Assembly: GCA_902577905.1 (NCBI GenBank)
Contig: CACHAQ010000001.1
Span: forward strand, 9,861 to 73,860
Reading direction: 5' to 3'
Source: an uncultured Alphaproteobacteria bacterium
GTDB lineage: Bacteria > Pseudomonadota > Alphaproteobacteria > HIMB59 > GCA-002718135
DNA length: 64,000 bases
Positions 30,801-40,451 of this stretch are shown here, piece by piece. A program made the position numbers and the translations under genes. Below the pieces are notes generated by a model. That model did no database searches and was not told where the DNA came from. It saw nothing but the letters and a program-made list of their open reading frames with translations. Position 1 is the first letter of the stretch. Each line of letters opens with the position of its first letter.

Positions 30801-31230
30801 ACCAATTATTAAAATCCCTGTTGAAATTTATATACCTGAAGATTTTATAAATGATGTTGATTTAAGATTGTCCATTTATAAAAGAATCTCAAATATCAAC
30901 AATAATAAAGAAATTGAAGAGATTAAAATAGAATTAATAGACAGATTTGGAAAATTACCTATTCAACTAATTAATTTATTAAAATTAGTAGAAATTAAAA
31001 TCATTTGTTTAAAAAATAATATTGAAAAATTTGAGTTTAGTAGAAAAGGCATATTAATTAGTTTTTTTCAAAATAAACCAAAAAATCCAGAAAAATTATT
31101 ACAACTTTCATTATCTAATAAAAATTCTCTAATATTAAGACCGGATCAAAAAATATTTTATGATTTTGGCGGTAATTTAATTGATGATAGATTTGAATTA
31201 TCAAAAAAAATTATTAATTTAATAAAATGA
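27853..31230 (+). CDS. mfd: Transcription-repair coupling factor
   Basis: FSVRGSILDIF, GDVAFGKT, DEEQ, SATPIPRTL, YQLKGRVGR, C-terminal TRCF domain. Confidence 0.97.
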   Translation: MKNKNTIGPSIHNVEPFFISQFYQNSNKSILYIGKDEREISSMEEKIKWLLPDVEILLFKSWDQIPYDNVSPSKEVQIERLKTLKILSNSNAKRIILTTINSITQKIIPKSIINSHFFKISKNQKFKFEDLINNLVLLGFQRTSLVRDKSEFSVRGSILDIFPNDRSKPIRIDFFDEEVETIFEFDPITQKRLKEINCDLEFNIINELILNENNLNLFRKNFREIFPEYRNSQVYNLFSENIIPSGGEQFLPLFYDNIETLFDYVKDYKILLNDEFKNIFENRLENINDFYLARKNNKENFFLSPEFFYLNKEVFQKYLDNNEHFYFNTFDKNNHINIDVNIIHNLSSIKKEIDFSFINQFFTTNSKENFIYICCRSKGSLERVSKILQNNLSLNLNNVTNFNHSLSDNILLTILDIEDSFKFNKYIFINEKSLFGYFFNTQISKSRKQTIFFEELNKLSIDSILVHSEYGLCKFNNIRKIELNDSIHECLELEFFENQKLFLPVENLSYVSKYSDDADGNIILDKLGASHWQKRKTDAKKKIRDAAKKLISIASKRLQSQSYEINTNIPEYDKFVSTFPYVETDDQLNAIQDVINDFSKMIPSDRLIVGDVAFGKTEVILRAIFLAAKSNLQSVVLVPTTILSRQHFINFKKRLSIFGINIAEISRLVSLKDKKEIFEKCNNGNIDVLVGTHALLNDKLKFNRLGLIVYDEEQKLGTIQKEKFKDLAPKAHCISLSATPIPRTLSMSLSGIRDLSLILTAPFERMAVRTYVSPFDSLTIKEAIKREIYGRKNGVYFVVPRKKDLPFVEQFLNDNLPEIKYVITHGQLSPKLLESRISKFYNQEVPLMLSTNIIENGLDLPHVNTIIVYRSNIFSLAALYQLKGRVGRSSKRGYAYITYKENELKDNGRKRLSIINSSDHLGAGFNIASQDLDLRGGGSIIGEEQSGFIKEIGTELYHQMLEEEINIQKSKINSDFVKKESFQPIIKIPVEIYIPEDFINDVDLRLSIYKRISNINNNKEIEEIKIELIDRFGKLPIQLINLLKLVEIKIICLKNNIEKFEFSRKGILISFFQNKPKNPEKLLQLSLSNKNSLILRPDQKIFYDFGGNLIDDRFELSKKIINLIK

Positions 31231-32324
31231 GATTATTTGTATCTTCATCTATTTTAATTATTTTCTTAATCTTAAATAAAAATGCTTTTTCTTTAAGCAA
31301 TGATTATAAATTATCAATATTAAAAAAAGGTCTAGATCAACCTTGGAGTATTTCATTTATTAATAAAAATGAAATATTGATTAGTGAGAAAACAGGTAAA
31401 ATAAAATTATTTAATCAAACTAATGGAAGTATTATTGAGATAAAACATGATTTAAGTTTTATTGAGGATATAAACTCCCAAGGTGGTTTACTGGAAATAT
31501 TATATCATGATGATCATGTTTATATTAGCTACTCTGAGAAAAGAGGTGAATTTAAATTATATGGACCATCATCTACGTCAATTGCAAAAGCAAAATTCAA
31601 TAGAGAAAAACTAAATTTTAATAATATATTTAGATCTGAGCCCCCAATAAGATCACCTTATCATTTTGGTTCTAGAATAGTAATTAAAGATAATTATTTA
31701 TTTGCATCTTTAGGTGAAAGAGGTAAAGGAATGATTGCTCAAGAAGCAGATAAGCATCCAGGTAGTATTATTAGAATTAATTTAGATGGTTCAGTGCCAA
31801 AAGATAATCCACATTTTACAGACCAACCTTTATGGCTGCCTGAAATTTTTCAAATTGGTGTCAGAAACCCTCAAGGAATGGCAATCTCTTCTTTTGATAA
31901 TAAATTATACATTAGTAATCACGGTGCTAAAGGTGGTGATTGGATTGGTGAAGTAAAGAAAGGTGAAAACTATGGATGGAAAATACTTGGTTGGGGTGGG
32001 ACAAATTATAATAATTCAAAGATAGGACCTAAATGGTTACCAGGTTATACAAAAGCAATTCATTACTGGGTACCTTCAATTGCTGTTAGTGCAATAACAA
32101 TATATGATGGAGAAGAATTTCCAGAATTTAAAGGACTAGCACTTGTAACATCATTAAAAGACCAATCTTTACGTTCAATAGATTTTTCTAATTTAGATAA
32201 TGTAAAAGAAGATATTATTTTTAAGAATGAAATAGGAAGAATAAGAGATATTAAAATTCATCCAGAAAGTGGTAAAATTTACTTTTTAGCTCAAGATAAA
32301 TTATGGAAATTTGAAAAAAAATAA
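31227..32324 (+). CDS. PQQ-dependent sugar (aldose) dehydrogenase, YliI-like, exported
   Basis: Signal peptide, QPW, QGGLL, HFGSRI, GVRNPQG, NYGW, GRIRD. Confidence 0.88.
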   Translation: MRLFVSSSILIIFLILNKNAFSLSNDYKLSILKKGLDQPWSISFINKNEILISEKTGKIKLFNQTNGSIIEIKHDLSFIEDINSQGGLLEILYHDDHVYISYSEKRGEFKLYGPSSTSIAKAKFNREKLNFNNIFRSEPPIRSPYHFGSRIVIKDNYLFASLGERGKGMIAQEADKHPGSIIRINLDGSVPKDNPHFTDQPLWLPEIFQIGVRNPQGMAISSFDNKLYISNHGAKGGDWIGEVKKGENYGWKILGWGGTNYNNSKIGPKWLPGYTKAIHYWVPSIAVSAITIYDGEEFPEFKGLALVTSLKDQSLRSIDFSNLDNVKEDIIFKNEIGRIRDIKIHPESGKIYFLAQDKLWKFEKK

Positions 32325-32371
32325 TATCTTCATTTATTTGAGAAATATTCTTTTTGATTTATAATAATGAT

Positions 32372-32488
32372 ATGTTTGAATTTTTAGCTTTTTTAATTGG
32401 TGTTATGATTATGGGGCCAATAGTTTATATTTATTTTTTAGTTCAAGATTTAAAAAAAAGAGTTGATAAACTAGAAGATAAAAATTAA
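32372..32488 (+). CDS. Putative 38-aa single-TM small protein (not in ORF track)
   Basis: MFEFLAFLIGVMIMGPIVYIYFLVQDLKKRVDKLEDKN: TM helix plus coiled-coil-like tail; TATAAT 7 nt upstream of the ATG. Confidence 0.65.
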   Translation: MFEFLAFLIGVMIMGPIVYIYFLVQDLKKRVDKLEDKN

Positions 32489-32511
32489 TTTTTATTATTT
32501 TAAACAAATGT

Positions 32512-32601
32512 TGGCGGAGAGAGTGAGATTCGAACTCACGAACGAGTTGCCCCGTTGCCGGTTTTCAAGACCGGTGCTTTCAACCGCTCAGCCATCTCTC
32601 C
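32512..32601 (-). tRNA. tRNA-Ser(TGA)
   Basis: Reverse complement GGAGAGATGGCTGAGCGG...CCGGT-CTTGAAA-ACCGG, long variable arm, GTTCGAATC, GCCA; 90 nt. Confidence 0.97.
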
Positions 32602-32694
32602 GTTAAAGTGCTTACTATAGTTTCAACATAAAAAAGTCAAAATATTAAGTATATATCGTTTCCTAATTAACGATAGTTTTGGTAATTTTATATA

Positions 32695-33732
32695 ATGATT
32701 TTTAGATTTGTATTAATATTTTTATTTATATCATTTAATGCTCACACAACTGATTGTGAACAACCAAAAATGCCAACTGATGATGAATGGAATAATTGGC
32801 TTTCTAATATTAAAAAAGAAGCTTTAGAAATAGGCATAAGTCAAAATACTATCTCAAAACAATTAAATAATGTTAAGCCACAAAGTAAAATTATTATGCG
32901 TGATCGATGCCAGCCAGCATCAACAATGACTCTAGATGAGTATTTATTTTATACAATTACAAAAGATAAAATTTTTGCAGGAAAAAATTTTTTAAAAAAA
33001 CACGAAAATTTACTAAAAGAAATTGGAGAGTATTTTAAAATACAACCCAGATTTATAGTAGCTGTATTAGGTATGGAAAGTTATTATGGAAGAAATCAAG
33101 GAAAAATAAATTCAATAATCGCAATCACAACTCTTGCATTTGATAGAAGAAGAAGTGATTTTTATAAAAAACAATTATTTGCAGCTCTTGAAATTTTAGA
33201 TAAAAATCTTGTTCCTAGTGGAGAATTAAAAGGAAGTTGGGGTGGTGCAGTTGGTATGACCCAAATGATACCAACAACCTTTTTAGAAACAGCATATGAC
33301 TGGGACGGTGAAGGAATTGATATATGGAATAGTTATGCAGATGCTTTTGCAAGTACTGCAAATTATTTAACTTCTTTAGATAAAAATCCATGGTCTAATG
33401 ATAGTACTTGGGGAAGAGAAGTACTCCCTCCAAAAAATATTTCTTCATCATTTTTTGATACTATAAAGCAAATTAACCCGAAAGGTTGTGGAGCGGTTAA
33501 ACGTAGATCAATTCCTAAAACTCTTTCTGAATGGTCGAAATTAGGATTTACAAAAATTAATGGAGACCCTTTACCTATAAGAGATGATTTAGAAGCTAGA
33601 TTAATAATGCCAGATGGGATAGATGGTAGAATGTTCATAGTATATCCTAATTATAAAAATATTCTTTATTATAATTGTTCATCATATTATGCTGTATCAG
33701 TGGGTCTTCTAAGTGATAAAATATCTAATTAG
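32695..33732 (+). CDS. mltB: Lytic murein transglycosylase (MltB/SltB family)
   Basis: GMESYYG catalytic Glu, GSWGGAVGMTQMIP, ASTANYL, YNCSSYYA. Confidence 0.88.
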   Translation: MIFRFVLIFLFISFNAHTTDCEQPKMPTDDEWNNWLSNIKKEALEIGISQNTISKQLNNVKPQSKIIMRDRCQPASTMTLDEYLFYTITKDKIFAGKNFLKKHENLLKEIGEYFKIQPRFIVAVLGMESYYGRNQGKINSIIAITTLAFDRRRSDFYKKQLFAALEILDKNLVPSGELKGSWGGAVGMTQMIPTTFLETAYDWDGEGIDIWNSYADAFASTANYLTSLDKNPWSNDSTWGREVLPPKNISSSFFDTIKQINPKGCGAVKRRSIPKTLSEWSKLGFTKINGDPLPIRDDLEARLIMPDGIDGRMFIVYPNYKNILYYNCSSYYAVSVGLLSDKISN

Positions 33733-34648
33733 TTTAATTGTTCTATTATTTATATTTTCTTGTAATGAATTAAATCTTAATAATGTTTCTGATGTTTTAG
33801 AAAATAGCACAAATAAAATAGAAGAAATAATTGATAATAAAAAAGAGGATAAAAAAGAAAAAAAAGAATTAAATAATAAACAAACAAAAAATAATATTTT
33901 TTATTATGTTGGTGAACCATATTTTATTGAAGGGGTTAGATATATTCCAGAGGAAGATTATAATTATTCAGAAATTGGACTTTCTTCTTTTTATGGTAAG
34001 GAATTACACAATATTAAAACTGTAAATAATGATTTAAATAAAGTTACAGAATTACTTGGTAGACATAAAACCCTACCTATTCCAAGTATGGTCAAGATCA
34101 CTAACTTGGATAATGGACTTTCTATAAATGTAAAAATAATAGATAGACATGATGATAATGCAGTTATTATTCAGGTTTCAAGAAAAGTAGCACAACTTCT
34201 TGGATTTTATAAATCTAAAATAGCCACTGTTAAAGTAGAGATACTTTCTGATGCTAGTAAACAATGGAAGAGTGTTGCAAATTCTTTAAATGAAGAAAAT
34301 TTTGATGAAACTATCTCATCTGCACCAACAGATACTGTGTCTATAGAAGAAATTGATGAAATTATAGAAACTAATGATGATAACAATTCTAGTGTTGAGG
34401 AACCAATTGAGCTAATTTCTGAAAAAATAACTGATTTTAAATTATATTTAAAAGTTACAGGATTTGAAAATTATGAGAGTATTGGATCAATATTAGATAA
34501 TTATGATATCAATTTAAAATATACTTCTGAAAAAAATAATTCTAAATATGACGTAATTATTGGTCCTCTTGAAAATACAGAAGCAAATAATTTGGTTTCA
34601 TACTTTATCTCAAAAGGTTATAAGGATACTGAAATTCTTATTGAATAA
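33713..34648 (+). CDS. rlpA: RlpA-family septal lipoprotein (DPBB plus SPOR-like domain)
   Basis: Lipobox IFSC, GEPYFIEG, GLSSFYG, HKTLPIPSMVKITNLDNG; synteny. Confidence 0.85.
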   Translation: MIKYLISLIVLLFIFSCNELNLNNVSDVLENSTNKIEEIIDNKKEDKKEKKELNNKQTKNNIFYYVGEPYFIEGVRYIPEEDYNYSEIGLSSFYGKELHNIKTVNNDLNKVTELLGRHKTLPIPSMVKITNLDNGLSINVKIIDRHDDNAVIIQVSRKVAQLLGFYKSKIATVKVEILSDASKQWKSVANSLNEENFDETISSAPTDTVSIEEIDEIIETNDDNNSSVEEPIELISEKITDFKLYLKVTGFENYESIGSILDNYDINLKYTSEKNNSKYDVIIGPLENTEANNLVSYFISKGYKDTEILIE

Positions 34649-34683
34649 CAAATAAAGGTCATAATTAAGAATTATTAATATTT

Positions 34684-35817
34684 ATGGTAAAAATTTTTAG
34701 CTTTTTTTTATTTTTTATTATTTCTTTAAAACTTTACGCCATTGATACAAAAGCAGAGCAAGCAGTTGTCATTGATTTTGATACAAATGAAGTTCTTTTT
34801 GAAAAAAATTCTAATGCAAAAGTAATACCAGCTTCAATGACTAAGATCATGACCGTTTATGTTGCATTTGATAGAATAAAGAATACCAATTTTGCAATTT
34901 CTAATGAATGTAGAGTTTCCCCTAAAGCTTATAAAAAGGGAGGTTCCAGAACATTTTTAGAGATAGATGATAATGTAACAGTTGATGATTTATTAAAAGG
35001 TATAATTGTTCAATCTGGTAATGATGCTTCTATAGCTTTAGCAGAATGTTTAGGTGGTACTGAAGAAGATTTTGCTAAACTTATGAACGTTTATGCAGAA
35101 CGTTTAGGAATGATAAATACAAATTTTGTTAATTCATCTGGCTGGCCTGATGATAATCACTATTCCACTGTTTATGATCTTGGAATTCTTTCAAATGCAA
35201 TAATTAGAGATTTTCCTAATCTATATACATATTTTAAAATGGAAGAGTTTACTTACAATGATATTACTCAGCCAAATAGAAATAAACTTTTATATCAAGT
35301 TCAAGGAGCAGATGGATTAAAAACAGGTTTTACAAGAGAATCTGGGTGGGGAATAGCTGCTACAGCATTAAGAAATGATAGAAGGATTACAGTTGTTATC
35401 AATGGTACCAATAGCTCTAGATCAAGATTAAATGAATCTTCTAATTTAATAAATTGGGCATTTAATCAAACTTCGCAACAAACATTAGTTGAAAAAGATC
35501 AATTTATTAAAGAAGTTGATGTATGGCTGGGTAGTGAGAGTAGTATTAATTTAATTAGTGCACAAAAATTAGTATCAACATTATCATTTGATCAAATTCA
35601 ATTAATGAATTCTTCTATTACATATACAAAACCAATATCTGCTCCAATTAAAAAAGGTGATGAATTAGGAAAATTAAATATAAATATAGAAGGAAAGCCA
35701 AAAATAGAAGTACCGCTTATTGCTGAAAAAGATGTATCTGAAATTAACCCTTTATTTAAAATATTTGCTGCTGCAAAATACTTAATTTTTGGAAGAAGTT
35801 TGGATGAAATCAAATAA
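34684..35817 (+). CDS. dacA: D-alanyl-D-alanine carboxypeptidase (PBP5/6)
   Basis: SMTK, SGN, KTG motifs. Confidence 0.93.
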   Translation: MVKIFSFFLFFIISLKLYAIDTKAEQAVVIDFDTNEVLFEKNSNAKVIPASMTKIMTVYVAFDRIKNTNFAISNECRVSPKAYKKGGSRTFLEIDDNVTVDDLLKGIIVQSGNDASIALAECLGGTEEDFAKLMNVYAERLGMINTNFVNSSGWPDDNHYSTVYDLGILSNAIIRDFPNLYTYFKMEEFTYNDITQPNRNKLLYQVQGADGLKTGFTRESGWGIAATALRNDRRITVVINGTNSSRSRLNESSNLINWAFNQTSQQTLVEKDQFIKEVDVWLGSESSINLISAQKLVSTLSFDQIQLMNSSITYTKPISAPIKKGDELGKLNINIEGKPKIEVPLIAEKDVSEINPLFKIFAAAKYLIFGRSLDEIK

Positions 35818-36415
35818 AGGTTTATTCATTACTTTTGAAGGACCTGAAGCTAGCGGAAAGTCATCTCAAATATTACTTTTATCAAAATATTTAAAAAAAA
35901 ATAAAATTCCTTTTATTGTATCCAGGGAACCTGGGGGAACTAATTTTGCAGAAAAGTTAAGAAAATTAATTTTGGATAATAGATCTACAATTAATAATTT
36001 AGAAGAATTGCTTCTTCTTATGGCAGCTAGATCAAATCATATAAATAAAGTAATTATTCCTAATCTTAAAAAAGGAAAGATTGTCATTTCAGATCGATAT
36101 GCAGATTCATCCTTTGTTTATCAAGGATATGTAAATAAATTTGGAATTAAAAGAACTCAAAAACTTCACAAAGAACTTCTAAACAATTTTTTTCCTGACT
36201 ATACTTTTATTTTTAAAATCAATCCAAAAGAAATTATTAAAAGATTAAAAGAGAGGAAGTTTAAAAACAAGTACGATAAATCTAACTTATTATTTCATCA
36301 AAAAGTAATTCAAGGATATAAAAAAATATCAAACCCAAAAAGATATATAATGGTTGATGCTTCTTTATCTAAAGATATAATTCACAAAAATATTATTAAA
36401 AAATTAAAGTTATAA
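35804..36415 (+). CDS. tmk: Thymidylate kinase
   Basis: FITFEGPEASGKS, REPGG, DRYADSS; start 35804. Confidence 0.95.
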   Translation: MKSNKGLFITFEGPEASGKSSQILLLSKYLKKNKIPFIVSREPGGTNFAEKLRKLILDNRSTINNLEELLLLMAARSNHINKVIIPNLKKGKIVISDRYADSSFVYQGYVNKFGIKRTQKLHKELLNNFFPDYTFIFKINPKEIIKRLKERKFKNKYDKSNLLFHQKVIQGYKKISNPKRYIMVDASLSKDIIHKNIIKKLKL

Positions 36416-36418
36416 TTA

Positions 36419-37402
36419 ATGATTGATTTAATAGGTTTTGAAAAAGAGTATAGCAATCTCCTTAAAAGATATAAATCAAATAATCTTCCAAATTCAATTT
36501 TAATTCATGGATTGAGCGGTATAGGTAAAAGAACTTTTCTCAACAAATTAGTAAAAAATATTATAAATATAGAATTTAAAGATAGTAATTTGGACCATCA
36601 TTTAAATTTATTTAAAAATAATACACATCCAAATATAAAAATAATTGAAAAAGAGATTGATAGCAAAACTGGAAAAATTAAATCTAATATTACAATTGAA
36701 CAAATTAGAAGATTAAAAATATTTTTAAATTCAACAACAACAATTCAAAATTCTTCTAAAATAGTTATTGTTGATTCTGCTGATTATTTAAACATTAGTT
36801 CTGCAAATAGTATGCTCAAGATCTTAGAAGAACCCAAAAAAAATACCTATATTTTTTTAATATCAAACCAGATTTCATTACTCTTGCCAACAATTAGATC
36901 AAGATGTTTAAAAATTAAATTTAATAATCATAATTTAACTAATTTTATTAAAATTATTAAAGATAATATTGATGAAATATCTGATGAAGAAATAAATTTT
37001 TACTTTGAATTAACGTATGGATCACCAGGAATAACTATTCTTTATTACAATAATGATTTTTTGGATATTTTCCAATTATCAATTAAATGTCTTTTATCCA
37101 ATGATCTAGATGATGATAAAATAAATTTATCAAATATATTATCAAAACTTACTAATGATGAATTTAATAATTATTTATCAATGCTTAAATTTATTCTAAT
37201 TGTCGCTAATAAGCTAAAAGTAAACAGAGATGATAAAAGCTTGGTTAATATGCCAAATTATCTAGAGTTAGAGTCTTTATCTACAAATCTTACCCAAAAA
37301 AATTTTATTGATAGATTTGATTATTTAACTAAAAACCAAAAAGAATTATTTAGTTTAAATCTTGATAAGAAAATATTTATATTAAATTTTTTAACTCAAT
37401 AA
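36419..37402 (+). CDS. holB: DNA polymerase III subunit delta-prime
   Basis: GLSGIGK, HPN, NSMLKILEEP, LLPTIRSRC. Confidence 0.9.
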   Translation: MIDLIGFEKEYSNLLKRYKSNNLPNSILIHGLSGIGKRTFLNKLVKNIINIEFKDSNLDHHLNLFKNNTHPNIKIIEKEIDSKTGKIKSNITIEQIRRLKIFLNSTTTIQNSSKIVIVDSADYLNISSANSMLKILEEPKKNTYIFLISNQISLLLPTIRSRCLKIKFNNHNLTNFIKIIKDNIDEISDEEINFYFELTYGSPGITILYYNNDFLDIFQLSIKCLLSNDLDDDKINLSNILSKLTNDEFNNYLSMLKFILIVANKLKVNRDDKSLVNMPNYLELESLSTNLTQKNFIDRFDYLTKNQKELFSLNLDKKIFILNFLTQ

Positions 37403-37403
37403 A

Positions 37404-38924
37404 ATGAATTTTTATATCACTACACCAATTTACTACACTAATGATATTCCTCATATTGGTCATGCTTATACCAGTATAGCTTGTGATATAATTGCTCGAT
37501 ATAATAAATTATTAGGAAACAATGTATTCTTTTTAACAGGTACAGATGAGCATGGGCAAAAAGTAGAAAAAGCTGCTATTAATTCAAACTTAAAACCTAA
37601 AGAATTCGTCGATAAACTTTCAGTTAATTTTATTAATTTAATACCTTTTTTAGGCTGTGAAATAGATAATTTTATAAGAACTACTGAAGAAAGGCACATT
37701 AAAGCATCACAAGAACTTTGGAAGCAATTAGAAAAAAATAATCAAATCTATCTTTCAAATTATGAAGGTTGGTACTCAGTTAGAGATGAAGCATTTTATT
37801 TAGAAAATGAATTAAAAAAGATTGATGGTAAATATGTTACGGATAATGGATCACCAGTAGAGTGGGTTAAGGAGGAGAGTTATTTTTTTAAACTTTCAGA
37901 ATGGCAAGATAAGTTGATCAATTATTATGAAAAAAATCCAGAATCAATTTTACCAAAAACACGATATAATGAAGTATTAAGTTTTATTAAAGGTGGATTA
38001 AAAGATCTGTCTATTTCAAGAACAACTTTTAACTGGGGAGTGCCAGTTCCAAATAATTCGAAGCATGTTATGTACGTTTGGATTGATGCTTTATGTAACT
38101 ATTTAACTGCATTAGGTTATCCAGATACAAATAATAAAAACTATAAGCAATTTTGGCCTGCAACACATATTGTGGGAAAAGATATATTAAGATTCCACGC
38201 AGTATATTGGCCAGCTTTTTTAATGGCCGCAGGTATAGAGCCACCTAAAAGAATCTTTGCACATGGTTGGTGGACCAATGAAGGGCAAAAAATTTCTAAA
38301 TCACTCGGTAATGTCATTGATCCTTACGAAATTATTAATGAATATGGGTTAGATCAAATTAGGTTTTTTTTATTTAGAGAAGTACCATTTGGAAATGATG
38401 GAGATTTTTCAAAAAAAGCAATCGCAAATAGAATTAATGCAGATCTATCGAATAATTTTGGTAATTTAGTACAAAGAATTTCATCATTTGCTGTAAAAAA
38501 TAATGATTCTTTATTAAAGCCAGCAGAAAATTTAACTAATGACGATCAGGATTTAATTAATATCCTTCAAAATAAATTTGATGAATATTGTCAATTTATG
38601 AATAATCAACAAATTGATAGAGCAATTAAATCTGTCTTGGAATTAATATCTGCTGGTAACGCATATGTTGATACTCAAGCACCATGGATATTGAAAAAAA
38701 TAAATAAAATTAGAATGGAAGAAGTTCTATATATTGTTACAAATATAATTATTAAATCAGCTATAATGCTCTATCCAATAATACCAACTAGCTCAAAAAA
38801 AATTCTTAATATTTTTAATTATAATATGGACAAAAATAAATTTGAGAATTTTACTAAACTAATAAATCAAAATATAAAAATAAATAACCCAGAACCAATA
38901 TTTCCAAGAATATTGAATGATTGA
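37404..38924 (+). CDS. metG: Methionine--tRNA ligase
   Basis: HIGH, GTDEHG, KISKS. Confidence 0.97.
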   Translation: MNFYITTPIYYTNDIPHIGHAYTSIACDIIARYNKLLGNNVFFLTGTDEHGQKVEKAAINSNLKPKEFVDKLSVNFINLIPFLGCEIDNFIRTTEERHIKASQELWKQLEKNNQIYLSNYEGWYSVRDEAFYLENELKKIDGKYVTDNGSPVEWVKEESYFFKLSEWQDKLINYYEKNPESILPKTRYNEVLSFIKGGLKDLSISRTTFNWGVPVPNNSKHVMYVWIDALCNYLTALGYPDTNNKNYKQFWPATHIVGKDILRFHAVYWPAFLMAAGIEPPKRIFAHGWWTNEGQKISKSLGNVIDPYEIINEYGLDQIRFFLFREVPFGNDGDFSKKAIANRINADLSNNFGNLVQRISSFAVKNNDSLLKPAENLTNDDQDLINILQNKFDEYCQFMNNQQIDRAIKSVLELISAGNAYVDTQAPWILKKINKIRMEEVLYIVTNIIIKSAIMLYPIIPTSSKKILNIFNYNMDKNKFENFTKLINQNIKINNPEPIFPRILND

Positions 38925-39699
38925 CTCACATTGTCATTTAAATTTTAAAAAATTATCAGAAAATTTTGAGAATATAATTAATAATTCCAAAAAAAATAAT
39001 ATTAGTTCAATATTATCAATCAATACCAAGCCTGAAGATTTCCAGGATCATTTAAATTTAATAAAAAATTATAATTCTATTTATCTCTCATATGGACTTC
39101 ATCCAAGTGATGTTCAATTAATGAACCAAATTGAATTACACAACTTTGATCAATACTGTAATAACGAAAAAGTAATAGGAATAGGCGAAACAGGTATTGA
39201 TTTGTATCACAGTGATCAATTTCTCAAAGAACAAACACAAATCTTTGAAACTCATATTGAAGCTTCAATAAAGCATTCATTACCAATTATTATTCATCAA
39301 AGAAACTCTGAAAAAGAAATTGTAGATATTTTAAAAAATTATAAATCAAATAATTTAAAACTAATTTTTCACTGTTTTACTGGTTCAAATCGACTATTAA
39401 ATTTTTGTTTAGAGAATAACTACTACATTTCAATTTCTGGAATAATAACATTTAAAAATGCATCAAATTTAAGAGATATAATTAAGAATGCTCCTTTAGA
39501 TTCTATACTTATTGAAACTGATAGTCCTTTTTTAGCACCTGAGCCAATGAGAGGTAAAGTTAATGAGCCATCTTTTGTAAAATATACAGCTGAATATTTG
39601 GCAAAATTTTTTAAATTATCCTTAGAAGAATTCGAAAAAATCACTGATAATAATTTTTTTAATTTGTTTACGAAAGCTAAAAGAGATAATTATCTGTAA
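38917..39699 (+). CDS. tatD: TatD family DNase
   Basis: IDSHCHL, GETGID, FHCF, ETDSPFLAP. Confidence 0.93.
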   Translation: MIDSHCHLNFKKLSENFENIINNSKKNNISSILSINTKPEDFQDHLNLIKNYNSIYLSYGLHPSDVQLMNQIELHNFDQYCNNEKVIGIGETGIDLYHSDQFLKEQTQIFETHIEASIKHSLPIIIHQRNSEKEIVDILKNYKSNNLKLIFHCFTGSNRLLNFCLENNYYISISGIITFKNASNLRDIIKNAPLDSILIETDSPFLAPEPMRGKVNEPSFVKYTAEYLAKFFKLSLEEFEKITDNNFFNLFTKAKRDNYL

Positions 39700-40451
39700 T
39701 GAAAATAACAATTTTAGGTTGCGGAGGATCTTTTGGTTCACCTTTAGCATGGAATAGACATGGTAATATTGATCTAAAAAATAAAAGAAATTTTAGAACA
39801 AGATCATCGATACTTATTGAATATAAAAATACAAATATTTTAATTGATACTAGTCCAGATCTTAGACAGCAACTTTATAATGCTAAATGTACAAATATTG
39901 ATGCAGTGCTTTATACGCATATTCATTCTGATCATACATCAGGAGTACCAGATATGAGGGCAATGTCTTTAATAAATAAAAAAATTATACCTGCATATAT
40001 GCCTAAAGAAATGATTTCCGAGATGGAGACAAATTATAAATATATTTTTAAAGGAGAAAAAGATTATTTGCCATTTATGGAAATTAAAGAATTAAATTCT
40101 AGTATAAATTTTCAAAATATAAATATTGAAACATTTAAACATAATCATGGTTCAATTGACGTTCAAACATACAAGATTGGAAATTTTGCTTATTCTACAG
40201 ATTTAAAAAAATTTTATAATCAAGATATTGATAAATTAAAAAATCTAGATTTATGGATTGTTGGTTTGTTAAGAGAAGATACTCATCCAGCTCATGCTGG
40301 ATTTGATCAAATAATGGATTTCATTTCATATATTAAGCCAAAACAAACTATTTTTACTCATATGACAGCTTTACTAGATGAAAAAGAATTAATAACAAAG
40401 TGCCCAGCAAATGTAAAACCTGGATATGATGGTATGATTATTGATTTATGA
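39699..40451 (+). CDS. MBL-fold metallo-hydrolase (PhnP-like)
   Basis: LGCGGSFG, DTSPDLR, THIHSDH, THM; conserved position after tatD. Confidence 0.9.
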   Translation: MKITILGCGGSFGSPLAWNRHGNIDLKNKRNFRTRSSILIEYKNTNILIDTSPDLRQQLYNAKCTNIDAVLYTHIHSDHTSGVPDMRAMSLINKKIIPAYMPKEMISEMETNYKYIFKGEKDYLPFMEIKELNSSINFQNINIETFKHNHGSIDVQTYKIGNFAYSTDLKKFYNQDIDKLKNLDLWIVGLLREDTHPAHAGFDQIMDFISYIKPKQTIFTHMTALLDEKELITKCPANVKPGYDGMIIDL

